Source: Candidatus Latescibacterota bacterium
Lineage (GTDB): Bacteria; Latescibacterota; CBDEFO01
Reading direction: 5' to 3'
DNA: 64,000 bases
Assembly (NCBI GenBank): GCA_965237525.1
Contig: CBDEFO010000008.1
Span: 1,792,001-1,856,000 of the forward strand
How positions within the stretch are numbered: the first letter of the stretch is position 1; each line of letters opens with the position of its first letter. Shown here piece after piece: positions 19,066-29,079 of the stretch. Under the pieces are notes generated by a model. It worked only from the letters and a program-made list of their open reading frames with translations. It ran no database searches and was not told the DNA's origin. A program made the translations under genes and the position numbers.

Positions 19066-20081
19066 TTACTGCATTTTTTTCTCCACGACTGCTCCTATAG
19101 CCCTTATCTCCTTCATCAGCACCTCGAACTGATCTGGGAAGAGAGACTGAGCACCGTCGGACAGGGCGTGATCGGGATCGTGGTGAACCTCGATCATCAG
19201 GCCGTCTGCTCCAGCAGCTATCGAGGCCCTTGCCATAGGTACCACCTTGTTCCTTATTCCCGTTCCCTGACTGGGATCGGATATGATCGGAAGGTGGGAG
19301 AGCTTCTTGACCACAGGGATCGCGCTGATATCCAGTGTGTTTCTGGTATATTTTTCAAATGTCCTTATTCCACGCTCGCAGAGGATCACTTTGTGATTTC
19401 CTCCCGAACAGATGTACTCCGCGGACATGAGCCACTCCTCAATCGTCGCGCACATGCCCCGCTTTAAGAGGACAGGCTTGGAGGTCTTCCCCAACTCCCT
19501 CAGCAAAGTAAAGTTAGCCATGTTGCGGGTCCCCACTTGGAAGATGTTGGCGTATTCCTCAATTAGTGCGATCTGGCTTGCATCCATAACCTCAGTCACC
19601 ACGGGTATCGAGAAGCTATCTCCAGCTTCGCGTAGCAGCTTTAAGCCCTCCTCGCCTAGGCCCGGAAGCTGTAGGGAGATGTCCGCGGTTTGAACGCTCC
19701 ACCTCTTAGGATGTTTGCGCCGGAGCTTTTGATCCTTTCGGATATGATCCTAAGCTGATCTCTGCTCTCCACAGAACACGGACCAGCCATTACGGCAATC
19801 TTGTCCCCTCCGATCTCCACGCCGTTCACGTCTATGATAGTGTCCTCCGATTTGAAGCCTCTGCTGACCAGCTTGTAGGGTTCACTTATCCTGTGAACCT
19901 CGTGCACTCCCGGAAGAACCTCAAGGTCTCTTTCGTCCAAATCTGTATTTGTGCCTATAACCCCTATTACTGTCCTTTCTACTCCCCTAGAAATGTGAGC
20001 GTCAAATCCCAACTCCGAGAGCTTTTCGACAAGATTCTGCACATGTTCCTCTAACGCCGTACCCTCCATAACAATAACCAT
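19066..20081 (-). pseudogene. aroF: Type I-beta DAHP synthase with a 1-nt frameshift
   Basis: AGPCSVES and GGAFKPRTSPYSF, then frame change at ~19663; GLGEEGLKLL...KPVLLKRG...LCERGIRTFE continues in the next frame. Start 20081 with AAGGAGG. Confidence 0.88.
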
Positions 20082-20225
20082 TCGTTCCTTTGACCTCCTT
20101 GAAATTAGTGGACAGCAAACCCCGATTGAATCTATCCCCGATTGAACCTGTCGGGGACTTGGGGAGGGAGTCAGGGGCACCGCCTCGTTTCCCTGTATGC
20201 TGTCTACTGCTTGCCGTATGCTTGT

Positions 20226-20486
20226 TTAACTTCCCCTTTGTAGTTTCCTGGACTCCTCGATAATCCTTTCAAATATCCTCCTAATCGCCTCGTCGCAGAG
20301 AGGTCCGTTGTTCAATTTTTGAACCCCATTCAAAATTGCAGTCTCTCTCTCGGGAGAATGGACATCTTGTCCCTTTTCCCCCTTTATTCTCCCTATCTCT
20401 AAAGCGCACTTGGCCCGGCGATTTATAAGCTCTGCCAAACGGGCGTCTATAGAGTCTATCTCCTCACGCCAGTCTGATATATCCAT
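20226..20486 (-). CDS. Chorismate mutase (AroQ class, monofunctional)
   Basis: WREEIDSIDARLAELINRRA...PERE...IFERIIEESRKLQ. Confidence 0.9.
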   Translation of the reverse strand: MDISDWREEIDSIDARLAELINRRAKCALEIGRIKGEKGQDVHSPERETAILNGVQKLNNGPLCDEAIRRIFERIIEESRKLQRGS

Positions 20487-20515
20487 AGGCAACTCCCCTT
20501 GTAAGTAGACAGTAG

Positions 20516-20538
20516 TCCCCGATAGATTCAATCGGGGA
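20516..20538. repeat. CCCCGATAGATTCAATCGGGG palindrome family (representative copy)
   Basis: Related copies at 19027-19048, 20120-20157, 27330-27353, 35359-35381, 37726-37748, 58155-58177. Confidence 0.8.
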
Positions 20539-20574
20539 TAGACAGGGCACGTCCTCCCATCCCGTTTAAACTGC

Positions 20575-21381
20575 TCAAAAACGGGCGGACTTCAAAAGAC
20601 CTGTTAACGTCTCTGTGTAATCACCTATCTTCGATACTAAAGATTCATCTTTCGTCCACTGGCCTATTCTCCTGACGATCGCGCTGCCCACGACCACAGC
20701 ATCTGCACAACTTGCCACCTGGACTACCTGCTCGGGTTTGGAGATTCCGAAGCCTACTGCTACAGGAATGTCCGTATGATCCCTTATCTTACTTACCATC
20801 GCCCCTATTGAATCTTCAAGTTTATCTCTTTCGCCTGTCACTCCCGTTCTGGAAACGTAATACACAAACCCGGATGCCATCTTTGAGATCAGTGCTATCC
20901 TCTCCTCTGTGCTCGTCGGGGAAAGCAGGAACACGGTCTTGACTCCTCTTTCGTCCATCAACACCTTGTACTCATTCCCTTCTTCAGGCGGAAGGTCTAA
21001 CAAGAGCACTCCGTCAATGTCCGCCTCGGCACACCTTTTCACGAACCTATTCACGCCGTATCTATGCACAGGATTAAAGTAAGTAAAGAGTACAATCGGA
21101 ATCTGCGAGCTTTCCCTTAATTCCTCCGCCACATCCAGCACATCTTTCAGCGAGACCTTATTTTTCAGCGCCCTTTGCGAGGCTTCCTGAATCACAGGTC
21201 CATCTGCCAGTGGGTCTGAAAACGGAACTCCCAACTCGACAATATCCACACCTCTTTTTTCCAGCTCGATTACCAGGTCTTTGGTAACCTTCAGAGTCGG
21301 ATCTCCCGCCGTAATATATGCCACAAACCCTTTCTGATTTTCACTTTTCAACTTCTCAAACTTTCTGTCTATCCTGTTCAT
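20575..21381 (-). CDS. trpA: Tryptophan synthase alpha chain
   Basis: [35 protein letters not shown]. Confidence 0.97.
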   Translation of the reverse strand: MNRIDRKFEKLKSENQKGFVAYITAGDPTLKVTKDLVIELEKRGVDIVELGVPFSDPLADGPVIQEASQRALKNKVSLKDVLDVAEELRESSQIPIVLFTYFNPVHRYGVNRFVKRCAEADIDGVLLLDLPPEEGNEYKVLMDERGVKTVFLLSPTSTEERIALISKMASGFVYYVSRTGVTGERDKLEDSIGAMVSKIRDHTDIPVAVGFGISKPEQVVQVASCADAVVVGSAIVRRIGQWTKDESLVSKIGDYTETLTGLLKSARF

Positions 21382-22571
21382 ACTTTCTGTCCTATATACT
21401 TAGCCGCCTCCTGAACGTCTTTGTCCCCTCGACCTGAAAGGTTAATTATGATAATATCGTCTTTATCACCATCTTTTGCAGCTTTAACCGTGTAGGCAAC
21501 AGCGTGGGCGCTTTCAAGGGCGGGAATGATCCCCTCCAGTTCACTTAGCTTAGAGAAGGCCTCGATGGCTTCATCGTCCGTAGCATAAGTGTACTCGACC
21601 CTGCCTTGATCTCTCAAGAAGCTGTGTTCGGGTCCCACGCTCGCATAGTCCAGCCCCGCTGACACAGAATGCGTGGTGCTGATTTGACCGTCATCGTCCT
21701 GGAGCACGAAGCTCTTTGTCCCTTGCAGAACTCCCAAGCCTCCGGTCTGAAACCTGGATGCGTGCTTTCCCGTCTCTATTCCCATCCCGCCGGCCTCGAC
21801 GCCCACCATCCGTACAGATTTATCTTTCAAAAACTCGTAGAAGAGACCTATCGAGTTGCTTCCGCCTCCTACACAGGCACAGAGAAGATCCGGCAGCCTG
21901 CCCTCCTTTTCCAGAATCTGCTGTCTTGCTTCCAGACCTATAATCTTCTGAAAATTTCTCACAATCAGGGGATAGGGATGGGGACCTAACACCGAGCCTA
22001 TGATGTAGTGCGTGGTCTCCACATTCGTCACCCAGTCTCTGATCGCTTCATTTATGGCATCCTTCAGGGTCCTGCTCCCCGAGGCTACAGGTGTCACCTT
22101 TGCCCCCAGGAGCCTCATCCTGAACACGTTTAAGGCCTGCCTTTCCATGTCCTCTGTCCCCATGTAGATCTCGCACTCCATCCCGAAGACTGCCGCCACA
22201 GTCGCCGTTGCCACTCCGTGCTGTCCCGCTCCTGTCTCGGCTATGATCCTCTCTTTGCCCATCCTCCTTGCAAGTAGGATCTGACCCAAGGTATTGTTAA
22301 TCTTATGTGCTCCAGTATGGCACAGGTCCTCCCTTTTTAGGTATATCTTGGCCCCTTTAAGCTCCTCTGTCAGTCTCTCGGCAAAATAGAGCGGGGTTGG
22401 CCTCCCAGCGTACTGGCTTAAATAGTATCCCAATTCCTCCTGAAACCGGGTGTCACCTTTTGCGGTCTCATACTCATTCTCCAACTCCTCTAAAGCCGAC
22501 ATCAGCGTCTCAGGCACGAACTTCCCACCGTAGATGCCGAAGTGGCCTGTCTTGTCAGGTGCAGTCTGCAT
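21378..22571 (-). CDS. trpB: Tryptophan synthase beta chain
   Basis: [43 protein letters not shown]. Confidence 0.98.
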   Translation of the reverse strand: MQTAPDKTGHFGIYGGKFVPETLMSALEELENEYETAKGDTRFQEELGYYLSQYAGRPTPLYFAERLTEELKGAKIYLKREDLCHTGAHKINNTLGQILLARRMGKERIIAETGAGQHGVATATVAAVFGMECEIYMGTEDMERQALNVFRMRLLGAKVTPVASGSRTLKDAINEAIRDWVTNVETTHYIIGSVLGPHPYPLIVRNFQKIIGLEARQQILEKEGRLPDLLCACVGGGSNSIGLFYEFLKDKSVRMVGVEAGGMGIETGKHASRFQTGGLGVLQGTKSFVLQDDDGQISTTHSVSAGLDYASVGPEHSFLRDQGRVEYTYATDDEAIEAFSKLSELEGIIPALESAHAVAYTVKAAKDGDKDDIIIINLSGRGDKDVQEAAKYIGQKV

Positions 22572-22583
22572 AGTTTCCTTCCT

Positions 22584-23216
22584 CTATTTACCTGTCACGT
22601 TGAATATGAACCTCTTCAGTTTCTCCCTGTCCTTTTTCCCGGGCTCCTTCTCAACTCCGCTTCCCACATCGACAGCATAGGGGTTTACTATCTCTACAGC
22701 CTCATTTACATTCTCGGGATTTAGTCCCCCCGACAGGATTATCCTGCCGAATTCTTTGGCCCTTAAGGCTACATTCCAGTCGAACGTCCTGCCAGTCCCG
22801 CCGTATAGACCCTTATCGTAGGTATCGAGCAAGAATCCATCCACGTCGTAATCCTTCAAAGACGACCCCTCGAATTCTTTATCTATTCTTATAGCCTTAA
22901 TGACACCTCTTATAGCCTTAATGACACCTGTGTCAAACGAGGCGCAGAATTCCGGCGATTCATCGCCATGGAGCTGAAGCAGTGTAATACCGGCCTTATC
23001 TACGATCTCCTCAATTTTCTCCTTCTCCTCGTTCACAAAGACCCCTACGGTAGTCACAAAGGGCGGCAGTCTATCGGTGATCTCCTTTACGGCACCCGTA
23101 AGCACGTAGCGTGGGCTTTTCGGGTAGAAGATAAATCCCAAAGCGTCCGCTCCCAGTTCGGCGGCGTAAAGCGCGTCGTCTATGTTCGTAATTCCGCAGA
23201 CCTTTATCCTTGTCAT
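22584..23216 (-). CDS. trpF: Phosphoribosylanthranilate isomerase
   Basis: [33 protein letters not shown]; carries an in-frame 7-aa duplication. Confidence 0.95.
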   Translation of the reverse strand: MTRIKVCGITNIDDALYAAELGADALGFIFYPKSPRYVLTGAVKEITDRLPPFVTTVGVFVNEEKEKIEEIVDKAGITLLQLHGDESPEFCASFDTGVIKAIRGVIKAIRIDKEFEGSSLKDYDVDGFLLDTYDKGLYGGTGRTFDWNVALRAKEFGRIILSGGLNPENVNEAVEIVNPYAVDVGSGVEKEPGKKDREKLKRFIFNVTGK

Positions 23217-23755
23217 TCTTCCAATTTAAATGAGAAAAGCTGTACCACCGGGCGAAATTCCACAACGCCTATCTCTACAATTTGTCCCCGCATCGGCAGC
23301 GAGGCTCGCCCACAGATCTCCACAGCTTTGGGAACCAGATTTGGATCCAGATCCATAGCGAGCGTACAGTGAGGGACCCAGCGCCCCGGAAGATAATTCT
23401 CCCACGAGGGTTCGCTGACGTCCCGGACGAAACGATGAAAGTAAGAGTGGATGTCCAAAAGCTTATGTGTGACCGTCGGCGCGAGGAACACTACTCCCCT
23501 TGGAAAGATACCGACATTTGACAGGGTTACAGCAAAGGGGGATAGCTCCTTTGCAAACGATCTCAGTCTTGCCTCGAATTCTTCGGTATCAAGCTCGTTA
23601 CAGATAGCGAGCGTTACATGAGGAGGATCGCCAGAATCAAGCATGTAGGAGGTAACCCCTGCCTCAGCGAGATCCTTCCATATATCTCGTATGGCAGCTT
23701 CACTATCTGAATCCAGATACATTCCAATCGCAAGTGGCATAACAAAAGACTCCAC
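23213..23755 (-). CDS. 2H phosphoesterase (2'-5' RNA ligase family)
   Basis: Two H-x-T motifs, PHVTL and PHCTL. Confidence 0.85.
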   Translation of the reverse strand: MESFVMPLAIGMYLDSDSEAAIRDIWKDLAEAGVTSYMLDSGDPPHVTLAICNELDTEEFEARLRSFAKELSPFAVTLSNVGIFPRGVVFLAPTVTHKLLDIHSYFHRFVRDVSEPSWENYLPGRWVPHCTLAMDLDPNLVPKAVEICGRASLPMRGQIVEIGVVEFRPVVQLFSFKLEE

Positions 23756-23808
23756 CTTGGCTTTGAGGTTCGATATCCAACCAAAGAGTACTGATCAGAG
23801 CGCCCGTA

Positions 23809-24633
23809 TTATCCGAGATTACCCGCCGATGAGCCTGATGGCTTTATAGCTCGGACATATAGATACTCTGCCGCGTGATCCCGCCATCTTTGAAGCCAGG
23901 GGTGCTCTTTACATGCCTCCTTAGATGGGCGCGGTTCTTCGATTTCCTTCAAGGCGAATCCGGCCCCGATCAAAGCGTTGAGATATTCGGAGAGCGTCTT
24001 GGGAAACCTCGGCACAAGAAACGGTGTAACATCCTCTTTAACGGGAGCCTTTGAGAATCTCCAATGCAACACTACTGGCTTGTCGTTGAAATAATCGGAG
24101 ACTGTAAATTTGATGCAATTGCCCTGCTCATCACGTATCCACCCGTGACCTTTGGTCGAGAAACATGGATGAGTTATGCTGAAGATCAACTCGCCACCCG
24201 GATGAAGCACTCCGAAGATCTCTTCTACAGCGCCCTTGAAGTCAGGGCTGTCCATCAGCGCCAGGGATGAAACTACGATATCGAAGGATGCATCGTCGAA
24301 GAGGGAAAGATCGCAAAAGGATGCTACTTCGTAGCAAATCCCAAGGGGCTCCCTCTCTTCTTCCTGTCGAGCAAGTTCGATCATCCTTGGGGAAATATCC
24401 ACACCGATCATTCGCGCGCCGCTTCTGGCTAAAAGCCGCGTGTTGTAGCCCTCTCCACAGCCGGCGTCCAGGACCCTCTTTCCATTGCGGCCGCCGATGA
24501 ACCTAAAGAAGGCGGGATTGTTAAAGTGCTCGCGGTAGGCGTCCCAGCCTCTGCGGACATGGTCTGCCCATAAGTCCGCATTGCGATCCCAATGTCGGGC
24601 GACTTCCTCTTCGGATAATTCCGAACGCTTCAT
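23809..24633 (-). CDS. Class I SAM-dependent methyltransferase
   Basis: VLDAGCGEGY, GVDIS, FSITHPCF. Confidence 0.88.
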   Translation of the reverse strand: MKRSELSEEEVARHWDRNADLWADHVRRGWDAYREHFNNPAFFRFIGGRNGKRVLDAGCGEGYNTRLLARSGARMIGVDISPRMIELARQEEEREPLGICYEVASFCDLSLFDDASFDIVVSSLALMDSPDFKGAVEEIFGVLHPGGELIFSITHPCFSTKGHGWIRDEQGNCIKFTVSDYFNDKPVVLHWRFSKAPVKEDVTPFLVPRFPKTLSEYLNALIGAGFALKEIEEPRPSKEACKEHPWLQRWRDHAAEYLYVRAIKPSGSSAGNLG

Positions 24634-24644
24634 CTCTTTAGCTC

Positions 24645-25436
24645 CTATCGAGCATTCTTACCTAATAATTCCCTTACTTTCTTACCGATGTCCTTCTCCC
24701 TTATCAATGCCTCGCCCACTAAAATCGCATCGGCGCCGGCGTCCGTGAGCCTTAAAACGTCCTCTCTCGTGTTGATTCCACTTTCGCTAACTATAGTTAT
24801 ATCTTCTGGAATCTTATCTGTCAAATCGAAAGTGGTCTTCAAATCTGTCGTAAATACTCTCAAGTCCCTGTTATTTATGCCTATGATCCTAGCGTCGGCA
24901 TCTAATGCCCTGTTCAACTCCTCCTCGGTGTGCACCTCCACAAGAGCGGACATCGCCAACCTCTCGGCCAAGCTTGAGTAATCCCTCAACTGACGGTCGC
25001 TCAAGATCGCCGCGATGAGCAAAATTGCATCCGCCCCCAATATCCTGGCTTCGTATATCTGGTATTCATCTACAATAAAGTCCTTTCTCAAAGCCGGAAG
25101 GTTTGAGACGCTCTTGATCATACCGATGTGCTCAGGTCTCCCACCAAAGTACTTCTCATCCGTCAAAACCGAGATCGCAGTTGCTCCGTTCTCCTCGTAA
25201 ATTCGCGCTATCTCTTCGGGATCGAAATCCTCTCTGAAGACGCCTTTGGAGGGCGAGGCCCTTTTCACTTCTGCGATCAGTGAGATGTCCTTGTCCTTGA
25301 TCAGGGCCCCGCCAAAATCCCTCGCCGGAGCGACGTCAGCTGCAGTGACCTTTATCTCCTCTATGGGCTGCAGGGATTTTGCATCCTCCACACAGCCTCT
25401 CTTGTAGTCTGCTATTTCGTCTAATATACCGGGCAT
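24645..25436 (-). CDS. trpC: Indole-3-glycerol-phosphate synthase
   Basis: IAEVKRASPSKG, SVLTD, LRKDFI, GINNRDL, ESGI. Confidence 0.97.
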   Translation of the reverse strand: MPGILDEIADYKRGCVEDAKSLQPIEEIKVTAADVAPARDFGGALIKDKDISLIAEVKRASPSKGVFREDFDPEEIARIYEENGATAISVLTDEKYFGGRPEHIGMIKSVSNLPALRKDFIVDEYQIYEARILGADAILLIAAILSDRQLRDYSSLAERLAMSALVEVHTEEELNRALDADARIIGINNRDLRVFTTDLKTTFDLTDKIPEDITIVSESGINTREDVLRLTDAGADAILVGEALIREKDIGKKVRELLGKNAR

Positions 25437-25462
25437 CCAGCTATTATCATCGGTGTGTTTTT

Positions 25463-25510
25463 GTAGGGGCGAGGTTACCTCGCTCGGTGGGCAGCGAAAC
25501 CCTGCCCCTA
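25463..25510. repeat. GTAG-type REP-like doublet
   Basis: GTAGGGGCGAGGTTACCTCGC...GGGCAG..CTGCCCCTA. Confidence 0.7.
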
Positions 25511-25526
25511 AATTTATTTTTAACGG

Positions 25527-26537
25527 TTAAGAATTACTGACGCTCGTTAGCTCTTCTAACTTCTCCATCGCCTTTCCAGAATCTATAGCTTCGGCTGCCA
25601 GTCTCATGCCCTCACCCAGACTATCTGTTAATCCACCTACCAGGATAGCAGCCCCGGCGTTCATTAACACGATGTCTCTTGTCGGCCCCTTTGTCCCGCT
25701 CAAAACGTCCGTAACTATGCGGGCGTTCTCATGTACTTCGCCGCCCAGAAGGTCTTCCGTCTTAGCCCTCCAAAACCCGAAATCCTCGGGTACGATCTCG
25801 TAGCTTTCCAATGCGCCATCTCTAAACTCGCTCACTTTCGTCCTGTCCGTTATCGTTATCTCATCGAGGCCGTCCATACCGTGAACCACAAGCGCATGCT
25901 CCGCGCCTAAATTTCCCAGAACCTGTGCAATTATGTCAGTCAAATTGCTATCGTAAACACCCACTACCTGCCTTGTCGCCCCAGCAGGATTGGTCAGAGG
26001 ACCCAGGATGTTAAAGATGGTCCTTACGCCTATCTCCCTCCTTGGACCTATGGCGTATTTCATAGCTTTGTGCAAGGCGGGGGCAAATAGAAATCCAATG
26101 CCCACTTCATCGAGGCACTCCTCGACCTTCTCTGGCGGAGCCTCTACATTCACTCCCAATTCCTTCAGCACGTCTGCGCTGCCACACTTGGACGACGCTG
26201 CCCTGTTTCCGTGCTTTGCCACACAGAGTCCAGCTCCCGCCGTCACAAAAGCAGCGGTGGTGGATATATTAAATGTCCCCGAACCGTCGCCGCCGGTTCC
26301 GCAGGTATCCACGACGATTCCGTGCTCAGTCGCTATCTTGATCGCCTTCTCCCTCATAACGGAGGCGCAGCCTGTGATCTCTTCCACAGATTCGCCCTTC
26401 AGTCTCAGTGCCACCAGAAACGCTCCTATCTGAGCGTCGGTCGCCTCCCCCGACATGATCTGATTCATCACGCCACTGGCCTCTTCTCTGGTGAGATCCG
26501 CACCGGCTATAACCTTATTTATGGCATCTCTTATCAA
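25527..26537 (-). CDS. trpD: Anthranilate phosphoribosyltransferase
   Basis: DTCGTGGDG, NIST, KHGNR, GSAD, FNILGPLTNP. Confidence 0.97.
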   Translation of the reverse strand: MIRDAINKVIAGADLTREEASGVMNQIMSGEATDAQIGAFLVALRLKGESVEEITGCASVMREKAIKIATEHGIVVDTCGTGGDGSGTFNISTTAAFVTAGAGLCVAKHGNRAASSKCGSADVLKELGVNVEAPPEKVEECLDEVGIGFLFAPALHKAMKYAIGPRREIGVRTIFNILGPLTNPAGATRQVVGVYDSNLTDIIAQVLGNLGAEHALVVHGMDGLDEITITDRTKVSEFRDGALESYEIVPEDFGFWRAKTEDLLGGEVHENARIVTDVLSGTKGPTRDIVLMNAGAAILVGGLTDSLGEGMRLAAEAIDSGKAMEKLEELTSVSNS

Positions 26538-26646
26538 ATCTCCTCCAGTCTACTGAAGAGACAAGAATGTCTGTTCTTCCATCTACTCGGCAAGGCAACC
26601 CTTTCGCAAGAAAGTATGGCGGGTAAGACATTGCTCTTTGACATGG

Positions 26647-27210
26647 CTACGAGCCCAAAAAATTCTTCAACAGTTTTTTCCCCTCTTTGGTCAGGATCGA
26701 CTCAGGGTGGAACTGCACTCCTTCCACAGGCATATCCCTGTGTCTTAATCCCATAATCAATCCGTCATCTGTCTCTGCCGACGCCTCCAGACAGTCGGGA
26801 AGCGACTCCCTTTCGACAATCAGCGAGTGATATCTTGTGGCGGTGAAGGCATTCTCCAAGTCCTTGAATATGGTCTTCCCGTCGTGGTATATCTCGGACG
26901 TCTTTCCGTGCATAAGATAGGGCGCCCTTATCACCTTTCCTCCGAACGCCTGTCCTATAGATTGATGTCCCAGACACACGCCTAAGATCGGCATCTTTCC
27001 GCTGAAGCGTTTGATGAGATCGAGGGATATTCCCGCTTCGTTTGGGGTGCAGGGGCCAGGGGATATGAGTATCTTATTCGGACCCATATTATCTATTTCC
27101 TCAAGGGTGATCTTATCGTTTCTGAAGACCTCAAGTTCCGCCCCTAATTCGCCTAAATACTGAACGAGGTTATATGTAAACGAATCGTAGTTGTCTATCA
27201 TTAGTATCAT
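26647..27210 (-). CDS. trpG: Anthranilate synthase component II (glutamine amidotransferase)
   Basis: [33 protein letters not shown]. Confidence 0.93.
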   Translation of the reverse strand: MILMIDNYDSFTYNLVQYLGELGAELEVFRNDKITLEEIDNMGPNKILISPGPCTPNEAGISLDLIKRFSGKMPILGVCLGHQSIGQAFGGKVIRAPYLMHGKTSEIYHDGKTIFKDLENAFTATRYHSLIVERESLPDCLEASAETDDGLIMGLRHRDMPVEGVQFHPESILTKEGKKLLKNFLGS

Positions 27211-27251
27211 AGCTGTTACCCTTGAAGAAAGTAGACAGGTGAGGCTGGATC

Positions 27252-27276
27252 GTCAGACAAGAATGTCTGACCCACC
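27252..27276. repeat. GTCAGACA(A/T)..TGTCTGAC REP-like family
   Basis: GTCAGACAAGAATGTCTGACCCACC; related copies near 26559 and 46157-46181. Confidence 0.55.
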
Positions 27277-27421
27277 AGGTTTCACCCACTTGGATTACTG
27301 AAGTCCGAAGCCAAATATCGTCATTGCGACCCCCTGATTGAATCCATCGGGGGCTAAATTGGGGGCAGGAAAGCAATGTCGTAGATAGCAGACAGGGCAT
27401 TTTCCTCTCACTGTATGCTGC

Positions 27422-28918
27422 CTAAAGGCCACTGTCGACTGTTATGTCTCCTCTTTCTGCCATCTGGATCGCCTTAATCAGTGCCTTGGCCTTGTTCACT
27501 GTCTCGGCAAATTCATTTTCCGGCATGGAATCTGCCACTATTCCGCCTCCTGCCTGAATGTAGGCATTACCGTCTTTGGCAACAAGGGTTCTTATGGAGA
27601 TGCAGGTATCTAAGTTTCCTGAGAAGTCCAAATATCCCACAGCTCCCCCGTAGACGCCTCTCCTTGTCGGCTCCATCTCGTCTATTATCTCCATCGCCCT
27701 TATCTTAGGCGCTCCTGTCAGGGTCCCCGCAGGGAAGCACGCAAAGAGGGCGTCCAACTCATCGAAGCCATCCCTTAATTTCCCCTTCACGTTAGACACG
27801 ATGTGCATAACGTGCGAATATCTCTCCACCCTCATCTGCTCGGTCACTTCGACAGAACTGTACCTGCTGACTCGTCCGATGTCGTTCCTCCCCAGATCGA
27901 GCAACATAAGGTGCTCTGCCAACTCTTTTTCATCTGACAGGAGTTCTCTTTCGAGCTTTCGATCTTCCTCTTCGTTTTCGCCCCTTTTTCTTGTTCCAGC
28001 GATAGGACGCGTTGTCACAATGCCGTCCTCCACTCTCACCAGAAGCTCAGGAGATGCCCCCACAATTGCCAGACCATCCATCGAAATGTGGAACATATAA
28101 GGAGACGGATTGACGATCCTCAGCATCCTGTAAATTTCAAACGGATCAACGGATATCTCAGTCTGAAAGCGTTGAGATATGACTACCTGAACGATGTCTC
28201 CGGCCAAAATGTACTCCTTGCACCTTAATACCCTGTCTTTATAATCCTCCTTTTTAAGGTTGGACACGACTTCACAGTGTCCTTTTCCCGCACGAGGAAC
28301 GCCATCCACCGATTTTGACAGCGCATTTTCCAACTTTGCAATCACTTTTATGGCAGCATCGTATTTGTCCCTCAAATCCCCTTCGGAATCCACACGGACA
28401 TTGGAGATCAAGATGATCTTATGAGCGATATTATCGAAAGCAAGGATACTATCGAAAAATAGAAACACTATATCATCCAAATTCAGGTCGTCTATGTTGT
28501 CGTCGGGGATATCCTCCACTAACCTTACCCCATCGTAAGCCACGTATCCCACTGCGCCGCCTGTGAACCTCGGCAGTCCCCTTAGATGAACGCCCCTGTG
28601 TCCCTCAACTAACTTTCTCAACTCTTTGATAGGGTCAGCCCTATACTCCTCCCTCATCCCTGAGGATTGATCTTCTATAACTACCCTTTTGCCCCTTGAT
28701 CGGAATATCTTAAATGGCCCCACGCCCAAAAAAGAATACCTTGCTATCTTCTCACCGCCCTCCACGCTTTCTAAGAGGAACGAATATTTGCTGTGATGGC
28801 GTATCTTCAAATAGGCCGAAACCGGGGTCTCAGTGTCCGCCAGGATCTCCTTGAACACGGGGACTATATTAGCCTTGGAGGCAAGCCCTTCGAAATCCTC
28901 ATAACTTGGTTCTATCAC
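27422..28918 (-). CDS. trpE: Anthranilate synthase component I
   Basis: LLESVEGGEKIARYS, NPSPYM, PIAGT, AEHLMLLDLGRND, GAPKIRAM. Confidence 0.96.
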   Translation of the reverse strand: MIEPSYEDFEGLASKANIVPVFKEILADTETPVSAYLKIRHHSKYSFLLESVEGGEKIARYSFLGVGPFKIFRSRGKRVVIEDQSSGMREEYRADPIKELRKLVEGHRGVHLRGLPRFTGGAVGYVAYDGVRLVEDIPDDNIDDLNLDDIVFLFFDSILAFDNIAHKIILISNVRVDSEGDLRDKYDAAIKVIAKLENALSKSVDGVPRAGKGHCEVVSNLKKEDYKDRVLRCKEYILAGDIVQVVISQRFQTEISVDPFEIYRMLRIVNPSPYMFHISMDGLAIVGASPELLVRVEDGIVTTRPIAGTRKRGENEEEDRKLERELLSDEKELAEHLMLLDLGRNDIGRVSRYSSVEVTEQMRVERYSHVMHIVSNVKGKLRDGFDELDALFACFPAGTLTGAPKIRAMEIIDEMEPTRRGVYGGAVGYLDFSGNLDTCISIRTLVAKDGNAYIQAGGGIVADSMPENEFAETVNKAKALIKAIQMAERGDITVDSGL

Positions 28919-28986
28919 AGCAAAGTTCCTTCTTTATGAGTGGACAGTAGCATCTCGTAGAGGGCTAGTTATCCTACAAAATCAAT

Positions 28987-29065
28987 GTAGTCCTGGGTTA
29001 CCCATCGCTTGGCGCGAGGAAACCTCGCCCCAACAGGCAGGACAGACACTCGGGTCTGCCCCTAC
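28987..29065. repeat. GTAG-type REP-like cluster
   Basis: GCGAGGAAACCTCGC and GACAGAC..GTCTGCCCCTAC hairpins. Confidence 0.65.
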
Positions 29066-29079
29066 TTCTTTATATCAAG

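Noticed and set aside
19640..19680. Programmed frameshift in aroF
   Set aside because: No slippery heptamer; a simple 1-nt loss in a conserved motif explains it.
20190..20225. Degenerate 7-mer repeats (GTAGACA/GCAGACA-like; also ~20504, 27381, 45968)
   Set aside because: Too short and degenerate to define a feature.
23775..23811. attC between the methyltransferase and 2H phosphoesterase genes
   Set aside because: GTTGGAT core is present, but the element is too short and has no convincing inverse core or dyad.
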